Assembly: GCA_964507405.1 (NCBI GenBank)
Contig: CAZDPJ010000003.1
Coordinates: forward strand, 1,729 to 65,728
Direction: 5' to 3'
Source: an uncultured Staphylococcaceae bacterium
GTDB taxonomy: Bacteria > Bacillota_I > Bacilli_A > ML615J-28 > CAG-313
Length of the DNA: 64,000 bases
Shown: positions 52,173 through 64,000 of the stretch, piece by piece
Position numbering within the stretch: the stretch's first letter is position 1
Layout: each line of letters opens with the position of its first letter
Program-made: the position numbers and the translations under genes
The notes under the pieces: generated by a model
The model's database searches: none
What the model was told of the DNA's origin: nothing
Seen by the model: only the letters and a program-made list of their open reading frames with translations

Positions 52173-54741
52173 TATTCTTCACCTTTTCTTTTAAATTAGA
52201 TAAAAATACAAGGGCTTCTAGTGGTTTCATATTATCTACATCGGCATTTAATAATTCATCTTTTAGTTCGATAAGTTCTTTACTTGTTTTATCAATAATA
52301 ATTGGTTTTTGATAATTATTAATAGATAAGGTTTCACTATCATATTTACTATTTTTCTCAAGTTTATCTAAAATATCTTTTGCACGAAGGGTAATTTCTA
52401 ATGGAATTTTAGCAAGACTTGCAACATTAATTCCGTAACTTTGATCGCTTGGTCCTTCAACTACTTTATGTAAGAAAACAAGGTCAGAAAGATCATTACC
52501 AGCTGTTGCTTCAACATGTACATTCTTTAAAAAAGGAAGGCTTTGACTAAGATTAGTTAATTCATGATAGTGGGTAGAAAATAATGTTTTACAACCTATA
52601 TTATTATGGAAATATTCAATAATGGCTTGAGCAAGACTCATTCCATCAAAAGTTGCGGTACCACGACCAACTTCGTCAAAGATGACAAGACTTCTTTCCG
52701 TTGCATTTTGAATAGCATCATTTACTTCCAGCATTTCTACCATAAATGTAGATTCTCCACTCATAATATTATCACTTGAACCAATTCTTGTAAATATTTG
52801 ATCAAAGACTGGTAATTTAGCTTGTTTTGCGGGGACAAAAGATCCAATTTGAGCCATTATGGCAATTAAAGCATTTTGTCGCATAAAGGTGCTTTTACCA
52901 CTCATATTAGGACCAGTGATTAAAAGAATTTTGGCATCATTATATAATACTAAATCATTTGGAACAAATTCATTGTTATTTACTGCCTCAATTACAGGGT
53001 GTCTTCCTTCTTTTACAATCATCTCATCATACATTGAGAATTCAGGTCTTACATAATTATTGCTTTTCGCAACATCACTTAGAGAAATTAACATGTCAAT
53101 TTCTGAAATTTTAGTTGCTAAAATTTGTAATTTAGAAGTATTTTCTTTACATATTTCTCTTAATTCATTAAATAGTTTAATTTCTAGTTCTATCGCCATT
53201 TCGCCAGATCTTAAAATTAAAGCTTCTCTTTCTTTTAATTCTTGTGTAATAAATCTTTCAGAATTAGATGTTGTTTGTTTTCTAATATAACCATATTCAT
53301 CTTTTATTTGATCTAAATATGATCTAGTAACTTCAATATAATATCCAAATACACGATTATATCCAACTTTTAATGTCTTAATTCCGGTTTTTTCTCTTTC
53401 TCTTAATTCAAGATTTAGTAAGTAATCTTTATTTGAAGATTCCACATTTCTAATATTATCTAATTCATCATTATATCCGTTTTTGATTACCCCTCCATCT
53501 TTAAGGATAAATCCTGCATTCTCATCAATTGCTTTAAATAAAGTTTTATGTAATTCTTCAAAATCATCAATTTCAATCCCTCTTTTATTTAAAGAATGTC
53601 CTTTCATTTTTGAAAGAATTAATTTTATATTGGGTAGTACTCCTAAGGATATACGAAGTTGTAATAAATCTTTTGGTGTTAAATTACCATAACTAATTCT
53701 ACCAACAATTCGTTCTAAGTCATATATTTCTTGTAATTGTTTTTTTAAATCATTTGTGTGTAAATAGTTCTTTTGTAATTCTTCAATGATGTCTAATCTT
53801 TCATTTATTTTCTTTAAATCCACTAGTGGATATAGTAAATTTTTCTTTAAGTATCTAGATCCCATTGCGGTTTGACAATGATCAAGGACTACAAATAAAT
53901 TATTTTTAAATCGATTTCCTTTATTTGTTTCAACTATTTCTAGATTTCTAATAGTACTTTCATTTAATCTTAAATAATCTTTATTTGTATATTCTTCAAA
54001 TGGTTTTAAATGAACAAGGACTCTCTTTTGGGTTTGAATTACATAATGTAATAATCTTTTAGCATTTTTACTTAAATCACTATTTAAATTACATAGTAGT
54101 GGGAGTAAATATTCATCTATATCTAAATCATCACTTAATGATGGTAAGATACCATAGTTTTTAGATAAGGTTTGAATTACTACTTTATTAAAATTAGTTG
54201 GAACAACTATTTCTTTAATTGATAACTTCAATAATTCACCATAAACTAGATCAATTGAATTAAGGACTGTAATTTTAGCCTCACCAGTTGATAATTCAAT
54301 ATAACTAAAAATAAAGTTATTATCTATTTTATCTAAACAACCTAAATAACTATTATTTTTTTCATCTAGATATTCAGTATCGACATTGGTACCTGGTGTA
54401 ACAATTTTTACGATATCACGTTTAACTAGTTTTTGTCCTTTAGGTTCTTCTAATTGTTCAACTATAGCTACTTTATAACCTTTCATTGATAGTTTTTCAA
54501 TATATCCGTTAACCGCATGATGAGGTACACCACACATTGGTACGCGGTCATTATTAGTTCCCGCATCTCGTCCTGTTAATACAATTTCTAATTCTCTACT
54601 TGCGACAAGAGCATCATTAAAGAACATTTCATAAAAGTCACCAAGTCTAAAGAAAACTAAAGTATCCGGATATTGTTCTTTAATTTCTAGATATTGTCTC
54701 ATCATTGGTGTGTATAAATTTTTGTCTATATTTTCGTACAT
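52165..54741 (-). CDS. mutS: DNA mismatch repair protein MutS
   Basis: TPMMRQY, RLGDFYEMF, TGPNMSGKST, STFMVEM, DEVGRGT and SYGINVA. Confidence 0.98.
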   Translation of the reverse strand: MYENIDKNLYTPMMRQYLEIKEQYPDTLVFFRLGDFYEMFFNDALVASRELEIVLTGRDAGTNNDRVPMCGVPHHAVNGYIEKLSMKGYKVAIVEQLEEPKGQKLVKRDIVKIVTPGTNVDTEYLDEKNNSYLGCLDKIDNNFIFSYIELSTGEAKITVLNSIDLVYGELLKLSIKEIVVPTNFNKVVIQTLSKNYGILPSLSDDLDIDEYLLPLLCNLNSDLSKNAKRLLHYVIQTQKRVLVHLKPFEEYTNKDYLRLNESTIRNLEIVETNKGNRFKNNLFVVLDHCQTAMGSRYLKKNLLYPLVDLKKINERLDIIEELQKNYLHTNDLKKQLQEIYDLERIVGRISYGNLTPKDLLQLRISLGVLPNIKLILSKMKGHSLNKRGIEIDDFEELHKTLFKAIDENAGFILKDGGVIKNGYNDELDNIRNVESSNKDYLLNLELREREKTGIKTLKVGYNRVFGYYIEVTRSYLDQIKDEYGYIRKQTTSNSERFITQELKEREALILRSGEMAIELEIKLFNELREICKENTSKLQILATKISEIDMLISLSDVAKSNNYVRPEFSMYDEMIVKEGRHPVIEAVNNNEFVPNDLVLYNDAKILLITGPNMSGKSTFMRQNALIAIMAQIGSFVPAKQAKLPVFDQIFTRIGSSDNIMSGESTFMVEMLEVNDAIQNATERSLVIFDEVGRGTATFDGMSLAQAIIEYFHNNIGCKTLFSTHYHELTNLSQSLPFLKNVHVEATAGNDLSDLVFLHKVVEGPSDQSYGINVASLAKIPLEITLRAKDILDKLEKNSKYDSETLSINNYQKPIIIDKTSKELIELKDELLNADVDNMKPLEALVFLSNLKEKVKNND

Positions 54742-54812
54742 AATAATCCACCTTTACAAAAATAGTTAAAGATATTTTATCACATTTTGTAAAAAAACGT
54801 ACAAAAAAAGCG

Positions 54813-54867
54813 TTTGAGATGAAAAATTATTCATTTTTTCAAACTCAAACGCTCTCAGAACGGTTTT
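54813..54867 (-). repeat. Dispersed 55-bp repeat copy forming a terminator-like hairpin
   Basis: AAAACCGTTC TGAGAGCGTT TGAGTTTGAA AAAATGAATA ATTTTTCATC TCAAA; overlaps the ECF S-component stop codon. Confidence 0.7.
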
Positions 54868-55564
54868 ATTTTTTAATGTTAGATAAAGTATAACTTGCGG
54901 GACTACCGATTAATCCACCAACAATAGCTTCAAAAATGCCATTGGTACCAACAATACCTAAAATTACAGTCAATAATACTTGATAATCCATCCCCGCAAT
55001 CAAGGCATATTGTTTACCCCATAAAAAGTAAGTTCCAAGTAATACTAAAAAAGTATTAGTTAAACTACCTAGTATTCCACCGATAAAATATATAAAAGCA
55101 TCTTTTCTTTTTAAACTATTCTTTGTAATTTCCGTAAAATATGTACCAAATAAAATAATTGTTAATTTATTTTCTTTAATTTTCTTTAAGGAATTAGATA
55201 CTAATCCAGAAACAACACCTGTTAAAATTCTTGGAACAAAACAAATAACTAAGGGCCAGTAACTACGATATTCATTTGTATATGCATTCCAAGGAGTAAA
55301 TAAGATTGCTGAAGCATTGGCAGAATCAATAAATGTCCACCAAATAAAACTAAATAAGCCAGCAAATAACCCAAGAATTGCGCCTGACTTAATGCCATAA
55401 GTCATACCAGCAATAATAACAGGAACCATTGCTAATGTTGCAACGACCGGACCAATTTGAATTGAACCAAGGAAAGGCACAAAACATACAATTGCTTCTA
55501 AAGCAATTAACATAGCTAGTCTTGTTAAGTTTTTGATTTGCATTGATCTTGTATTTTTTCTCAT
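54866..55564 (-). CDS. ECF transporter S component (PanT-like)
   Basis: PFLGSIQIGPVVATLAMVPVII, PRILTG, GSLTNTFLVL and GTNGIFEA. Confidence 0.82.
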   Translation of the reverse strand: MRKNTRSMQIKNLTRLAMLIALEAIVCFVPFLGSIQIGPVVATLAMVPVIIAGMTYGIKSGAILGLFAGLFSFIWWTFIDSANASAILFTPWNAYTNEYRSYWPLVICFVPRILTGVVSGLVSNSLKKIKENKLTIILFGTYFTEITKNSLKRKDAFIYFIGGILGSLTNTFLVLLGTYFLWGKQYALIAGMDYQVLLTVILGIVGTNGIFEAIVGGLIGSPASYTLSNIKK

Positions 55565-55571
55565 ATTCCAC

Positions 55572-56846
55572 CTATTCAAGCATTTCAAATTCATAACCTA
55601 AAATACAAACAGTATCACCATGTTTAACTCCTTGTTTTTTAAGTTCTGTTTCAACACCCATTTTACGAAGTTTTTGTGCAAAAATTCTTACATTACTTTC
55701 ATTATTGAAGTCAGTACGATCAAATAATTTTTTAATGGCTGGACCTTCAACATTGAAAACTCCAGAATCATCTTTTCTAATTGTAAATTCTTCACTTGGA
55801 GGAGTAAATTTATATTCAACTACTCCTTCTGAAATTTCTTCTAATTTTTCATTTTTCTTTACTTCATCTAATACATCAGCTATTTTATAAAGTACTTCGT
55901 CAAGATTTTGTTTGGTTATTGCGGAAATTGGAATAATATCTTTGTTAATTTCTTTTTCAAACTTCTTAAGATTTTCTTCACTTCCCGTTAAATCCATTTT
56001 ATTAGCAACAATAATTTCAGAACGCTTTAATAATTTATGGTCATATTCACCTAATTCTTTTCGTATAGCTAAATAATCTTCAACTGGATTTCTTCCTTCA
56101 ATTCCACTCATGTCAACGATATGAACAATTACTCTTGTTCTTTCAATATGTTTTAAAAATTGAATTCCAAGTCCAGCTCCTAAATGAGCTCCTTCAATTA
56201 GTCCTGGTAAATCAGCCATAATAAAGCTTCTACCATCTTTTACTCCAACAACTCCTAAATGAGGATTTAATGTTGTAAAATGATAATCAGCAATTTTTGG
56301 TGTTGCTTTAGAGACCATAGTAATTAGTGTACTTTTTCCGACACTTGGAAATCCAACAAGCCCTACATCAGCAAGAACTTTTAAATCTAATTGTAAGGTT
56401 AGTTCTTCTCCAGGCTCACCTTTTTCACAAATTTGAGGTGCAGTGTTTCTAGAATTAGCAAATGCGGCATTACCTTTTCCACCGCGTCCACCATGGGCAA
56501 CGATTACTTCTTGACCATGTTTTGTTATATCACCGATAATTGTACCAGTTTCAGCATTTATAATTGTAGTTCCAATTGGTACTTTAGCATATGCATTTTC
56601 ACCATCATGGCCAAACATATCTTTTTTCATACCTTTTTCACCACTAGTAGCTTTAATTTTTCTAGTGAATCTAAAGTCTAAAAGGGTAGTAAGTCCTTCT
56701 TCACCAACAAAGATAACATCGCCTCCACGGCCACCTTTACCACCAGATGGGCCACCCATATTAGCATATTTCTCATGTCTAAATGCAACAACACCATCTC
56801 CACCATTTCCAGCTTTTACTAGTACTTTTACACTATCAACAAACAT
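55572..56846 (-). CDS. obgE: GTPase ObgE
   Basis: GNGGDG...GGPSGG, GFPSVGKST, YHFTTL, DLPGLIEGA and NKMD. Confidence 0.98.
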   Translation of the reverse strand: MFVDSVKVLVKAGNGGDGVVAFRHEKYANMGGPSGGKGGRGGDVIFVGEEGLTTLLDFRFTRKIKATSGEKGMKKDMFGHDGENAYAKVPIGTTIINAETGTIIGDITKHGQEVIVAHGGRGGKGNAAFANSRNTAPQICEKGEPGEELTLQLDLKVLADVGLVGFPSVGKSTLITMVSKATPKIADYHFTTLNPHLGVVGVKDGRSFIMADLPGLIEGAHLGAGLGIQFLKHIERTRVIVHIVDMSGIEGRNPVEDYLAIRKELGEYDHKLLKRSEIIVANKMDLTGSEENLKKFEKEINKDIIPISAITKQNLDEVLYKIADVLDEVKKNEKLEEISEGVVEYKFTPPSEEFTIRKDDSGVFNVEGPAIKKLFDRTDFNNESNVRIFAQKLRKMGVETELKKQGVKHGDTVCILGYEFEMLE

Positions 56847-56908
56847 TGAAAACTCCTTTCTATAAAAAATATAAGCACTCGCTAATGCAAGTGCTTTATT
56901 TGTGGCAA

Positions 56909-57190
56909 TTATTCTACTGGGTAAACAGAAACTTGCTTCTTAGTCATACCCTTATGTTCGTATTTAACGATTCCGTCAATCATGCAGAATAATGTGTCAT
57001 CCTTACCAATACCAACGTTATTTCCAGGATGAACTTTTGTTCCTCTTTGACGATAAATAATCGAACCGGCAGTAGCGAATTGACCATCAGATAACTTTGC
57101 ACCTAAACGTTTAGAGCGAGAGTCACGACCATTCTTAGTTGAACTAACACCTTTTTTAGATGCGAAGAATTGCAAATTAAATCTTATCAT
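56909..57190 (-). CDS. rpmA: 50S ribosomal protein L27 with Prp-cleaved N-terminal extension
   Basis: [24 protein letters not shown]; RQRGT. Confidence 0.98.
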   Translation of the reverse strand: MIRFNLQFFASKKGVSSTKNGRDSRSKRLGAKLSDGQFATAGSIIYRQRGTKVHPGNNVGIGKDDTLFCMIDGIVKYEHKGMTKKQVSVYPVE

Positions 57191-57194
57191 GATG

Positions 57195-57533
57195 CTACCT
57201 CCTATTTTCTTTTTTAATTTTTAAATGATTTGGGTAATTATCTGAAATCTCAAGTAATGATTCATATAAATTATCAACAACAATTTCAACAAAGTCTCTT
57301 GTATTATTGTCTATTTCCTCGATTATTTCAAAATGCATATACCCTTTTTCTTGATTTTCATTAAATAAAACTTTTTTATTAAGAAGTTTTATTAATAAAT
57401 TTAAAGAAGTAATTACCGTTGCTGAAATACCAGCACAAACAATATCAAGACCTTCTTCAGCATAATCAGCATGGCCAATTATTTCAAAGGTATTGAACAA
57501 ATTGTTTTCATAAACAAATTTAGCTTTCGTCAT
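57195..57533 (-). CDS. prp: Ribosomal-processing cysteine protease Prp (YsxB)
   Basis: GHADY...DIVCAGIS; lies between rplU and rpmA. Confidence 0.93.
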   Translation of the reverse strand: MTKAKFVYENNLFNTFEIIGHADYAEEGLDIVCAGISATVITSLNLLIKLLNKKVLFNENQEKGYMHFEIIEEIDNNTRDFVEIVVDNLYESLLEISDNYPNHLKIKKENRR

Positions 57534-57534
57534 A

Positions 57535-57834
57535 TTATGCTTCAATTGATTTAATTAAAACTTTTGTGTAAGCTTGACGATGGCCTTGTTTTTTACGATA
57601 ATTTTTCTTTGCTTTCATCTTAAAAACAATAATTTTTTTGCTTTTTCCTTGTTTTTCAATTGTGCCAGTAACTTTAGCACCTTCAACAAGTGGAGTACCT
57701 ACTTTGTCGCCTACTAAAAGAACTTGATCAAAAACAACTTCTTGTCCAGCTTCGCCTTCTAGTTTTTCAACGAAAATAGTTTCACCTTCAGCAGCACGAT
57801 ATTGTTTACCGCCAGTGATAAAAATTGCGTACAT
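57535..57834 (-). CDS. rplU: 50S ribosomal protein L21
   Basis: [12 protein letters not shown] and [10 protein letters not shown]. Confidence 0.98.
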   Translation of the reverse strand: MYAIFITGGKQYRAAEGETIFVEKLEGEAGQEVVFDQVLLVGDKVGTPLVEGAKVTGTIEKQGKSKKIIVFKMKAKKNYRKKQGHRQAYTKVLIKSIEA

Positions 57835-57860
57835 CTTTTTTACCTCCTATATAAAATATT

Positions 57861-57934
57861 AAGACACGCCATAGTGGTGACAAATAATTGTACTTTAATC
57901 TTAAACCAGTTTTGTGCGGTTGCAGACTCGCAAC
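57861..57934 (-). ncRNA. L21 leader (cis-regulatory RNA)
   Basis: ACCGCAC...GGTTTAAG...CACC..ATGGCGTGTCT resembles the recalled Bacillus L21_leader pattern. It lies downstream of promoter TTGCAA-N17-TATAAT (57969-57941) and upstream of rplU. Confidence 0.75.
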
Positions 57935-58015
57935 GCATATATTATACTCTATTTTGCTATTTTTTGCAAGAAATATAATAATTTTTTCAGTGCATTAATT
58001 TTAAAAGAAAAATTA

Positions 58016-58070
58016 ATAACCGTTCTAGAATCGTTTGAAATAAAAAAGTTTAGTAATTATTAATTTCAAA
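58016..58070 (+). repeat. Dispersed 55-bp repeat copy (opposite polarity to neighbours)
   Basis: ATAACCGTTC TAGAATCGTT TGAAATAAAA AAGTTTAGTA ATTATTAATT TCAAA. Confidence 0.7.
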
Positions 58071-58119
58071 TTTTAAAATTTATCAAAAAGAGCCCTCTTT
58101 ATAGAGGACTCAGGATTAT

Positions 58120-60741
<2,622 letters not shown>

Positions 60742-60872
60742 CTATAAATCTCCTTTTCTAATATTTTTGTTTCACAACAATTGATTATATCATAAACATG
60801 AAAATAAAGCAAATAAATAAAATTAATTTTTTTAATAAAAAAAGATAATGAATTATCTAAATTCATTATTCA

Positions 60873-61868
60873 CTATCTTTCTTTTATTATATTATTCATT
60901 TCAATTTCCGTTTTTATACCTAATTTATGATAATTTGCTTTTACTTCATCAATAATTAAAGCATCACAATATATTTTAAAATTAGAATTTAAATAAGTAA
61001 TTAAACAAATATTATTACCAGAATTAACAATATCAAATGTTTTAGGTAAACTTATACTGGTTAACATTTCACACTTAGCAAAACAATTATTACCAAGTTT
61101 CATTACTCCAAGTGGTAAGTCAACAATAGTAAGTTTATTACAATCATAAAAAGCTTCGTTTCCAATTTCTTTTAAATTAGATGATGAACTAAATTTAATT
61201 TCATTTAAATTAGAACAATTTTTAAAAGATAGATTACCTATTTTTTCAATATTATTATTTAATTCTAATTTTTCGATTGTTGAATTATTAATAAAAGCTT
61301 TATTATAGATAACTTTAACACTATCAATTAATTTGACAGTTTTATTTTCAGGTAAACTTAGACTATTTGGAAATTTTAATAAGACATCTTTATTCTTATT
61401 ATATAAAATACCATTTAAACTTGCATAAGTTTCATTATTGCTATCAACGATAATTCTAGTTAAACTTAGGGCTCCTTCAAATATATCCGTACCAAGGCTT
61501 GTATCATTTTTCATACTACCAATATAATTGATGTACTTTCCTATTTTAATCTCTTTTACTTTACGATAGTCAACAAATTGCTTATCAACACTTAGTAATT
61601 TAGTTACTTTGATATTATCGATTGTATCTGGGATTGTAATTGATGTTTCATTTTGACCTAATGTAGTGAGACCTAAAACATAATATGATACTTCATTTTC
61701 TTCTTTCACTAATTCTAAATTATAATAATTAGAATATTCTAAATATTCTTTATTAAGTAATTTATCTTTAGTATCTTCTTTATTGTTATGTATAATTACA
61801 ACAGTTAATAATACTCCAAAAATTACGATTAAAGTTGATATTATTATTAGAAAATTTCTTTTATTCAT
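60873..61868 (-). CDS. Membrane-anchored BspA-type leucine-rich repeat protein
   Basis: N-terminal TM; repeats 'I.IP..I', 'IGNLSFKNCSNL', 'IGNEAFYDCNKL' and 'LGNNCFAKCEML'. Confidence 0.82.
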   Translation of the reverse strand: MNKRNFLIIISTLIVIFGVLLTVVIIHNNKEDTKDKLLNKEYLEYSNYYNLELVKEENEVSYYVLGLTTLGQNETSITIPDTIDNIKVTKLLSVDKQFVDYRKVKEIKIGKYINYIGSMKNDTSLGTDIFEGALSLTRIIVDSNNETYASLNGILYNKNKDVLLKFPNSLSLPENKTVKLIDSVKVIYNKAFINNSTIEKLELNNNIEKIGNLSFKNCSNLNEIKFSSSSNLKEIGNEAFYDCNKLTIVDLPLGVMKLGNNCFAKCEMLTSISLPKTFDIVNSGNNICLITYLNSNFKIYCDALIIDEVKANYHKLGIKTEIEMNNIIKER

Positions 61869-61885
61869 TTTTATCACCATAGATA

Positions 61886-62525
61886 TTATACTTTATTTGT
61901 TATATTTTTTAAAGCAATTGAATAATAAAAATTCTTTAATTTTAATTTTTGTTTTATTTGATAATGATATTTTATCTGTTTAATTATTAAAAAAATAATA
62001 ATTATTAGGATCCCCATACTTTTAGTAAAAATATTAACAAGAACTAAAATAACAATTGAAAATATAGATGCTATTAATAATACATTATAACTATATTCTT
62101 CATCAAAAATGCTATTTAAAATGCTAAAATAAGTGCGATATCCATCAAGGGGATAGATAGGGAGTAAACTAAAGATAATCATCATATTATTAAAATTATA
62201 ATAGATATTATTAGTTACTTTAAATATATTAAAAAATATTAGTAAGATTATATTATTAGTAAGGCCTACCAAAATTAATTAATAACGCCTGGATTAATGA
62301 TTTATTTTCGGTTTCAATATCCATTAAACCTCCAATTAATGATAAATTAATACATTTAATTTTACCTTTAAAAACTTTTATAAAGATGATATGACCTAAC
62401 TCATGAAATAATAATATTAGAATAATAATACTAAAATCTTTAATAAAACCAGTAAATAAACATATAAAAGTATATAAAACTAAAGAAAAATGAACTTTAA
62501 CTTTTGGAATTTGTGTAGTAATCAT
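61886..62525 (-). pseudogene. spoIVFB: SpoIVFB-like M50 metalloprotease, split by +1 frameshift near 62267
   Basis: HELGH in the 5' ORF and LLPIYPLDG in the 3' ORF. Removing one A from GGT-A-GGC restores F-G-G-L-T-N continuity. Lies downstream of the spoIVFA-like gene. Confidence 0.78.
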
Positions 62526-63111
62526 AATATATTCCATCCTTCTCAATTTTTAAATCAAAAGTAAAACAATTTATTTTTTCATCATATCTAGATAATCCCA
62601 AGACATTATTATTACCTATATAACTATAAATATGATAATCGATAGATTCAACATTTAAATAAGTATAATTAAAGCCATCATATCCTTTAATTGTTACTTC
62701 ATATAAATTATCTTTATTTTTAATGATTTTAGTGACAATTCCATTTTCTAAATTATAAATGCCATCAAATCCATAATTATATACCGTATTTATTTTTGTA
62801 TCATTATTAAATAAAACTTCATCATATGTATTACTACTATATACTGTATCTTCAATATTTTCCGAAATAAAGCTTCCAAAATTACCATTAAATACTTTTG
62901 CAAGTTTTATAAAGTTAATGTTATCATTTAATAGAACATTTACTTTATTTAATTTAATATTGTCTAGCGAAATTAAAATAAATAAGATAAGTGATGATAA
63001 AAAGATTCTAATAAATAATTTATCAATATAATTTAATTTCTTTTTTTTCTCTTCTTCACTTATATATTTATCATTTTTATTTTTCTTAAAATCTAATAAC
63101 CTAGATTTCAT
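62497..63111 (-). CDS. SpoIVFA-like protein (degenerate M23 fold)
   Basis: Basic N-terminus, a TM 'FIRIFLSSLILF' and 'GIVTKI...YEVTIK...YLNVESI...YIGNNNVLG...FTFDL'. Sigma-E-like TTCTAAT-N-CATAATAT upstream; precedes spoIVFB. Confidence 0.6.
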   Translation of the reverse strand: MKSRLLDFKKNKNDKYISEEEKKKKLNYIDKLFIRIFLSSLILFILISLDNIKLNKVNVLLNDNINFIKLAKVFNGNFGSFISENIEDTVYSSNTYDEVLFNNDTKINTVYNYGFDGIYNLENGIVTKIIKNKDNLYEVTIKGYDGFNYTYLNVESIDYHIYSYIGNNNVLGLSRYDEKINCFTFDLKIEKDGIYYDYYTNSKS

Positions 63112-63148
63112 AATACCACCATAATATATTATGAAAAGTAATTATAAA

Positions 63149-63826
63149 TTAGAACAATTTTAAATGATTTAATTCCTTTTTCATGCTAAAATATTCTTCA
63201 CCAATTATAATGTGATCAAGAATTTTAAATTCAGTTAATTTCGATTGTTTAATTACGAGCTCAGTATATTTAATATCCTGCATACTTGGAGTTGGATCTC
63301 CACTTGGATGGTTGTGAATTAAGATAATAGCAAAAGCTGATAATTTATATGCCCATTTAAAGACTAGTTTACCATCAATAATGGTCGAATTAATAGTTCC
63401 TTTCGTCAGTAATTTACAACTAATTAGTCCTCCTTTCGCATCTAAATACATTGCATATAAGCATTCTTCTTTTTTACCAACAACTAATGGTTTAACAAAC
63501 CTGTATACCGCATCGGCTGATGTGATGTTTAGTTTTGGATTAGTTTTATAGTACGCTCTTTTACCAAGTTCAAAGGCCGATAAAAGAGTTATCGCTTTAG
63601 TTAAACCAATTCCATCAATTTTAGTTAATTCATTGACTGAATATGAAGATAGTTCAAATAGATTTGAAGCATCGGTTAATAATTTATAACTAATATTTAG
63701 CACACTTTCTTTTTTATTTCCCGTTCTAAGAATTATGGCAATAAGCTCCGCATCAGTTAACGTATCAATCCCTTTTTCGATGGCTTTTTCTCTAGGTTGG
63801 TCATTTTGTGGTAAATCCTTTAACAT
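63149..63826 (-). CDS. radC: RadC family JAB-domain protein
   Basis: QPREK, LTDAELIAIILRTG, IDGIGLTKA, HNHPSGDPTPS and LDHIII. Confidence 0.95.
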   Translation of the reverse strand: MLKDLPQNDQPREKAIEKGIDTLTDAELIAIILRTGNKKESVLNISYKLLTDASNLFELSSYSVNELTKIDGIGLTKAITLLSAFELGKRAYYKTNPKLNITSADAVYRFVKPLVVGKKEECLYAMYLDAKGGLISCKLLTKGTINSTIIDGKLVFKWAYKLSAFAIILIHNHPSGDPTPSMQDIKYTELVIKQSKLTEFKILDHIIIGEEYFSMKKELNHLKLF

Positions 63827-64000
63827 TCGGTGCCTCCTATTATAAAAAACTACTCATATCTAATAATACGAACTGAGTAGTTTTTATTTCATTATTTTTT
63901 TATTAAATTTTTAATATCACAGACTAAATAAAGACTTCCAATAAAGATGTTAAAATCATATTTATTAGTATTTAAATAATCGATAATTTCATTTAATGAA

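Noticed and set aside
54709-54717. Single DnaA-consensus 9-mer (TGTGTATAA) in mutS
   Set aside because: An isolated match in coding sequence is expected by chance in AT-rich DNA.
40211-58070. IS or MITE call for the 55-bp repeat
   Set aside because: No terminal inverted repeats, target-site duplications or transposase were evident. Left open as a hypothesis and not called as a feature.
63900-63990. Weak resemblance to the 55-bp repeat near the window end
   Set aside because: Only short A/T-rich partial matches, with register not maintained.

Overview
This is an AT-rich, genetic-code-11 chromosome segment from a genome-reduced Bacilli-type firmicute (TGA serves as a stop, e.g. spmA). It spans the replication terminus. 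Almost all genes run on + up to 39871 and on - from 41501. The 1.6-kb non-coding gap between them holds a near-canonical Firmicute dif site at 40779-40806 (minus strand ACTTCCTATAATATATATTATGTTAACC). The genes are mostly housekeeping (glyQS-dnaG-sigA, parEC, cmk-S1 fusion, der, gpsA, proS, lepA, xerD-deoB, mutSL, obgE, rplU-prp-rpmA, ppdK, radC). A sporulation set is also present (spoIVA, GerMN protein, yqfC/yqfD, spoVIF, dacB-spmAB, spoIVFA, frameshifted spoIVFB). The feature no annotation explains is a degenerate 55-bp polar repeat (consensus ~ATAACCGTTC-N4-AGCGTTTGAAAAWTAAAAAGATGAATAATTACTAATTCAAA). It forms two arrays in inverted orientation on either side of dif, with a DnaA-box cluster between the left array and dif, and it recurs as dispersed copies at gene 3' ends. 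It is a candidate undescribed terminus-organising or fork-trap element. No rRNA, tRNA, CRISPR array, transposase or prophage was seen. All alignments and counts were done by eye; no database searches were run.
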